This document shows positions 60,560 through 64,000 of a stretch of 64,000 nt of DNA, piece after piece. How positions within the stretch are numbered: the stretch's first letter is position 1; every line of letters begins with the position of its first letter. The stretch covers positions 443,901 through 507,900 of the forward strand of contig RHPI01001202.1 in NCBI GenBank assembly GCA_009103225.1, read 5' to 3'. The translations under genes and the position numbers were made by a program. The notes beneath the pieces are model-generated. The model was not told where the DNA came from. It searched no databases and saw only the letters and a list, made by a program, of their open reading frames with translations. This DNA comes from Chlorokybus atmophyticus. Taxonomy: Eukaryota > Plantae > Mesostigma and Chlorokybus algae.

Positions 60560-62641
60560 CTAAACAGCCACCTTTGTTCGCGTATCGGCGAGCAGCGCAA
60601 CTGCTGGTGTTACGGGCACGATGCCGCCAGGGTTCAACGGGAATAAGCTGCCGAAATAACTTTTCCGCACAGCCTCAAGGCTGCATGTCTTCGACACACC
60701 GGGCAACTGCAAATGCACAAAGTAAGGTTGTGTGTGTTGTTGTCTGACAGTACTAGGTGTTGATTCTTCTTGTGTGTGTGTGTGTGTATGTGCTACGCGC
60801 ACCTGGTAAAACCTTTGCATGTACTTGTACAGATTGGGGTAATCTGCGATTCGGCGCTTACAACACTTAAACAGCACTGTTGCAAAGAGAGTATAATGAT
60901 ATTGGTACTGGCATCAACTGTTGCACGCTCACCATAAGCAACGCAACCCCTTACCATAGTAGACGGCGTCAAATCGGAAAAGTGTGGTAAATAACCGCAC
61001 ATCTGCTAGCGTGGGTTGGTCACCACAAAGATATGACCTGCAAAAGCGAGCATGAGCTCACCTGTTTGTACATGTCAAAGCGTGGCACAAATATGCAAGA
61101 AGCATCATGTGCACCGTTGTGTCAACTGCTTCTCAATGGCGTCCAAGGTCTCAAACAGGGCAGCTACCGCTCCATCGTATGCACCCTGCATGCTTGCAGA
61201 TGAGCTGGCGACAACAACCTACATTGTCAGCCAAGCAGCTTTTGACTATGTCTTGACTTGCCTGTGATGTTGCAAACCCGCAGCGATACACGCCATTGTT
61301 CACCGTGTTATAGATTCGGTCATTCCAGGCCTCCATTTCAGACAGTGATGATGATGGCGCCAAGTCAAGAGTTGGATTTGAGGCGCATGTGTTGAAACTG
61401 GAATTCAGTATCTCTGCAAATCAGCTTTATGTCACAGACGGAAAACCACTTAAGAGGCTGATCATGCCGACACACCAACTACACAGTTACTGACCACAGA
61501 GCAAAGGGGCGCACCAATAATCTCAGCACTTTCGTTGTTGACAACCCTTTTCTCCACCGTGTCATACAACATTGGTACTGTCGCTCGGCCACTGTTGCGC
61601 AAGCAGATGTATATCACATATCGTCTGTGTGTCCCCACCACTTAATAGCTACTGGAGCAAGGCATATTGGTCTCACCTCCAAGAGCTGTCTGCCACCAAG
61701 TACACATCTCGCACAGTCGCCTGCCCCTCAGCTTGGTCAGCGCTGGGCGAGAGAACTCCAGGTTCAACCTCAGGTGGTGCACCAGCAGGATCAAACACCC
61801 AGAGCCCAGTCGGTCCAGGAGAGGCAATAGAGAGAGGGACTGCTTCCTCCAAGCCCTGCAACATACACGCATACGAAAAGCTACTCATCTGTTTCAAAAC
61901 CAAAATATTGTTGATGGTGGTGTCGATGATGCTGGTGGTGGTGAGACAGCCATAACGGTATGTACCTTGAGTGCATGAACAATCATGGTGCGGTGCGCCC
62001 AGGGACAAGAAAGTGCTGCATAGAGATGGTACCGGCCAGCTTCAGACCTGCAAGCATGCAGTAACGCATGATGCTGCATGCTGCGAAGCTGTCAACAGAT
62101 TGGCATGCATCCAAGATGGGGCCTGACCTGTCAATGGCATCAACACGGTTGCGAAACTGGCTGGTAGGCCTTTGGTACGCCCCGCTCTTATCGCTTGGAG
62201 CCAGCTGCCAACAGTGGCACACATGTTGCGGCTCCCATGCTTATTACAAGTACGTCGCTTGCTGACATGGAGTCAACGGTAGGGACAGAAGATAGTCGCA
62301 ACAACTTGCATGCATGCACGCAGACAAATTCACCTAACTGAGCGACAGCATGCAAGCAGACACGCGAAGCATACGTGCGGGTCAAGTCACCGCATTTGAA
62401 CTTTGAGACAGCTTTCCCCCTAGCCTACCTGTGACATCATGATCTTCCAAACAGTGGTCCATGCTGCCCTGGCCACCCGCACCAGCAAGCCAGGAGGCAG
62501 TCCCCGCTGCCGCTGGGCGCTGCACCGGGTGATCTGCTTCTGCTTGGTCAAGCTGTTCATACGTCTCCGGCCACCCCTGCCTGCCGACGACAACGGCAGC
62601 GACACGGGCACTGACGCTGGCGCCCACACCGCCAACGACAT
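60560..62641 (-). CDS. Glutathionyl-hydroquinone reductase (GST Xi class, YqjG/ECM4-like), plastid-type, spliced
   Basis: WKIMMSQ|[83 protein letters not shown]. Confidence 0.95.
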
Positions 62642-62824
62642 CCTGCCACCTTGACCACAGCACACAAGTGCTGCTGTAAGAGGTTTGACACTGCTCGCCT
62701 GCGTTAAGGTACTGTACTCCGCACCTTAATCAGGTCCATTGCCAGGGCGTTCAGTGCCTTAACCATATCTATCCGGTGCGTTCAGTGGCTTAACGTGCAA
62801 ATCTGCTTGTGGGTGAGGTTGACG

Positions 62825-63650
62825 ATGGCGGTGGCAGCGGCGGGGCTGGGGTTGGTGGGGTGGGCACGTTCCCCTAGCGTGTCGCCCAAGAGGTTACCAG
62901 AAGCGCTGACTAGCAGCAGACGACGCCATGCTGTGCAGCTCAAGGGTCGCCGCTGCAGTGTGGCTTCACGAGCGACAGCTACTGCGCCGCCTGGTGCTCA
63001 GCAACACAGGCACCAGGAGAGGGAGGAGTACGGGGATAAGGAGCATGGGGAGCGTCTGGTTGCTCTGCTGGACGTCGGTGGGATGAAATGCGGCGGTTGT
63101 GCTGTGGCGGTCAAGCGCATCTTGCAGTCGGACTCTGCCGTGGCCTCCGCCTCGGTCAACCTGCTCACCAACACCGCTGCGATTACTTTCAGCGAAAGCA
63201 ATGCCTCCGCCTCAGACGCAGCGGCTCTGTTGACTGCCAGAGGGTTCCCCTCGTCACTGCGGCAGGCGCAGGTAAGCGTAGTATCCTTGCGCGCACTGTG
63301 CAATTGGTTCTATCTGCCCGTCCAGTGGCTCAGTGAGTGGTTTCATGTCAACACAATTAACATGCTGTCACAAGCAAAAAGCTTTTTGATTCAGAAGTCT
63401 ACTATCAAAAGCAACCACAGTCGTAGGTCCACAACATCTACAACCTCGTCCACGCATACACTGACGCATACATGTTGTTGTCAGCATGATGTGCTAAGCA
63501 GCAGCAAGCAGCCTTCTACAAGCGGCAATGCGGTGTCGGAGAGCACTTTGCGCCTGGCCGGGGCCTGGGGACTGGTGGCCGTGTGCTGCTTGGGTCATGT
63601 GGGGCACCATCTGCACCACATGGGGCTGCACTCGCTCGCACATGGTAGGT
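62825..63650 (+). CDS. 5' part of a plastid P1B-type copper ATPase (PAA2/HMA8-like); continues beyond the gap and window
   Basis: Transit-like N-terminus, HMA domain LDVGGMKCGGCAVAVKRIL...ASVNLLTNTA, and His-rich AWGLVAVCCLGHVGHHLHHMGLHSLAHG segment. Confidence 0.88.
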
Positions 63651-64000
63651 GCTGCGGAATTGCAACCCACAGTTCCAAGTCAAAGTATACTCAAGTTTAT
63701 ACTTGTATTGGTAATTGCAGTTCAGTGTCTTGTGCGACCACTTCATTGCCAGTTAAGGGAGGCATCAATGTAGGTCATGTTGCCATGAAGTTTCAGGGCG
63801 AGGGNNNNNNNNNNNNNNNNNNNNNNNNNNNNNNNNNNNNNNNNNNNNNNNNNNNNNNNNNNNNNNNNNNNNNNNNNNNNNNNNNNNNNNNNNNNNNNNN
63901 NNNNNNNNNNNNNNNNNNNNNNNNNNNNNNNNNNNNNNNNNNNNNNNNNNNNNNNNNNNNGGGGGGGGAGGGAGGATGGCAGCGGACACCACATCACACT

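Noticed and set aside
1-64000. tRNA, rRNA or spliceosomal snRNA genes
   Set aside because: By eye I found no T-loop (GTTCRA) in a cloverleaf context and no rRNA or snRNA sequence. Not confirmed by tRNAscan or Infernal.

Overview
Eukaryotic nuclear DNA with short spliceosomal introns, CA/GT-rich intron microsatellites and four N gaps. The gene content (plastid-targeted SepF, PAA-type Cu-ATPase, DUF1995 protein, BBS8) suggests a green alga with a flagellate stage, probably an early-diverging streptophyte (inference). Bases 1-9.8 kb are accessory: an intron-containing, frameshifted pogo/Tigger transposon with one visible TIR, AT-rich decayed ORFs and an 873/796 bp tandem duplication. The rest is gene-dense: BTB-BACK-Kelch gene, a four-copy array of unknown small membrane/coiled-coil genes (14-21.5 kb), METTL6-like methyltransferase, pyruvoyl-dependent arginine decarboxylase, DUF1995 protein, fibrillarin with two intronic C/D snoRNAs, SYF1, HNH endonuclease, PLP aminotransferase, cytochrome P450, BBS8, an unknown type II membrane protein, cyanobacterial-type SepF, glutathionyl-hydroquinone reductase and the 5' part of a P1B Cu-ATPase. 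Exon boundaries were read by eye, and family calls rest on recognised motifs, not database searches.
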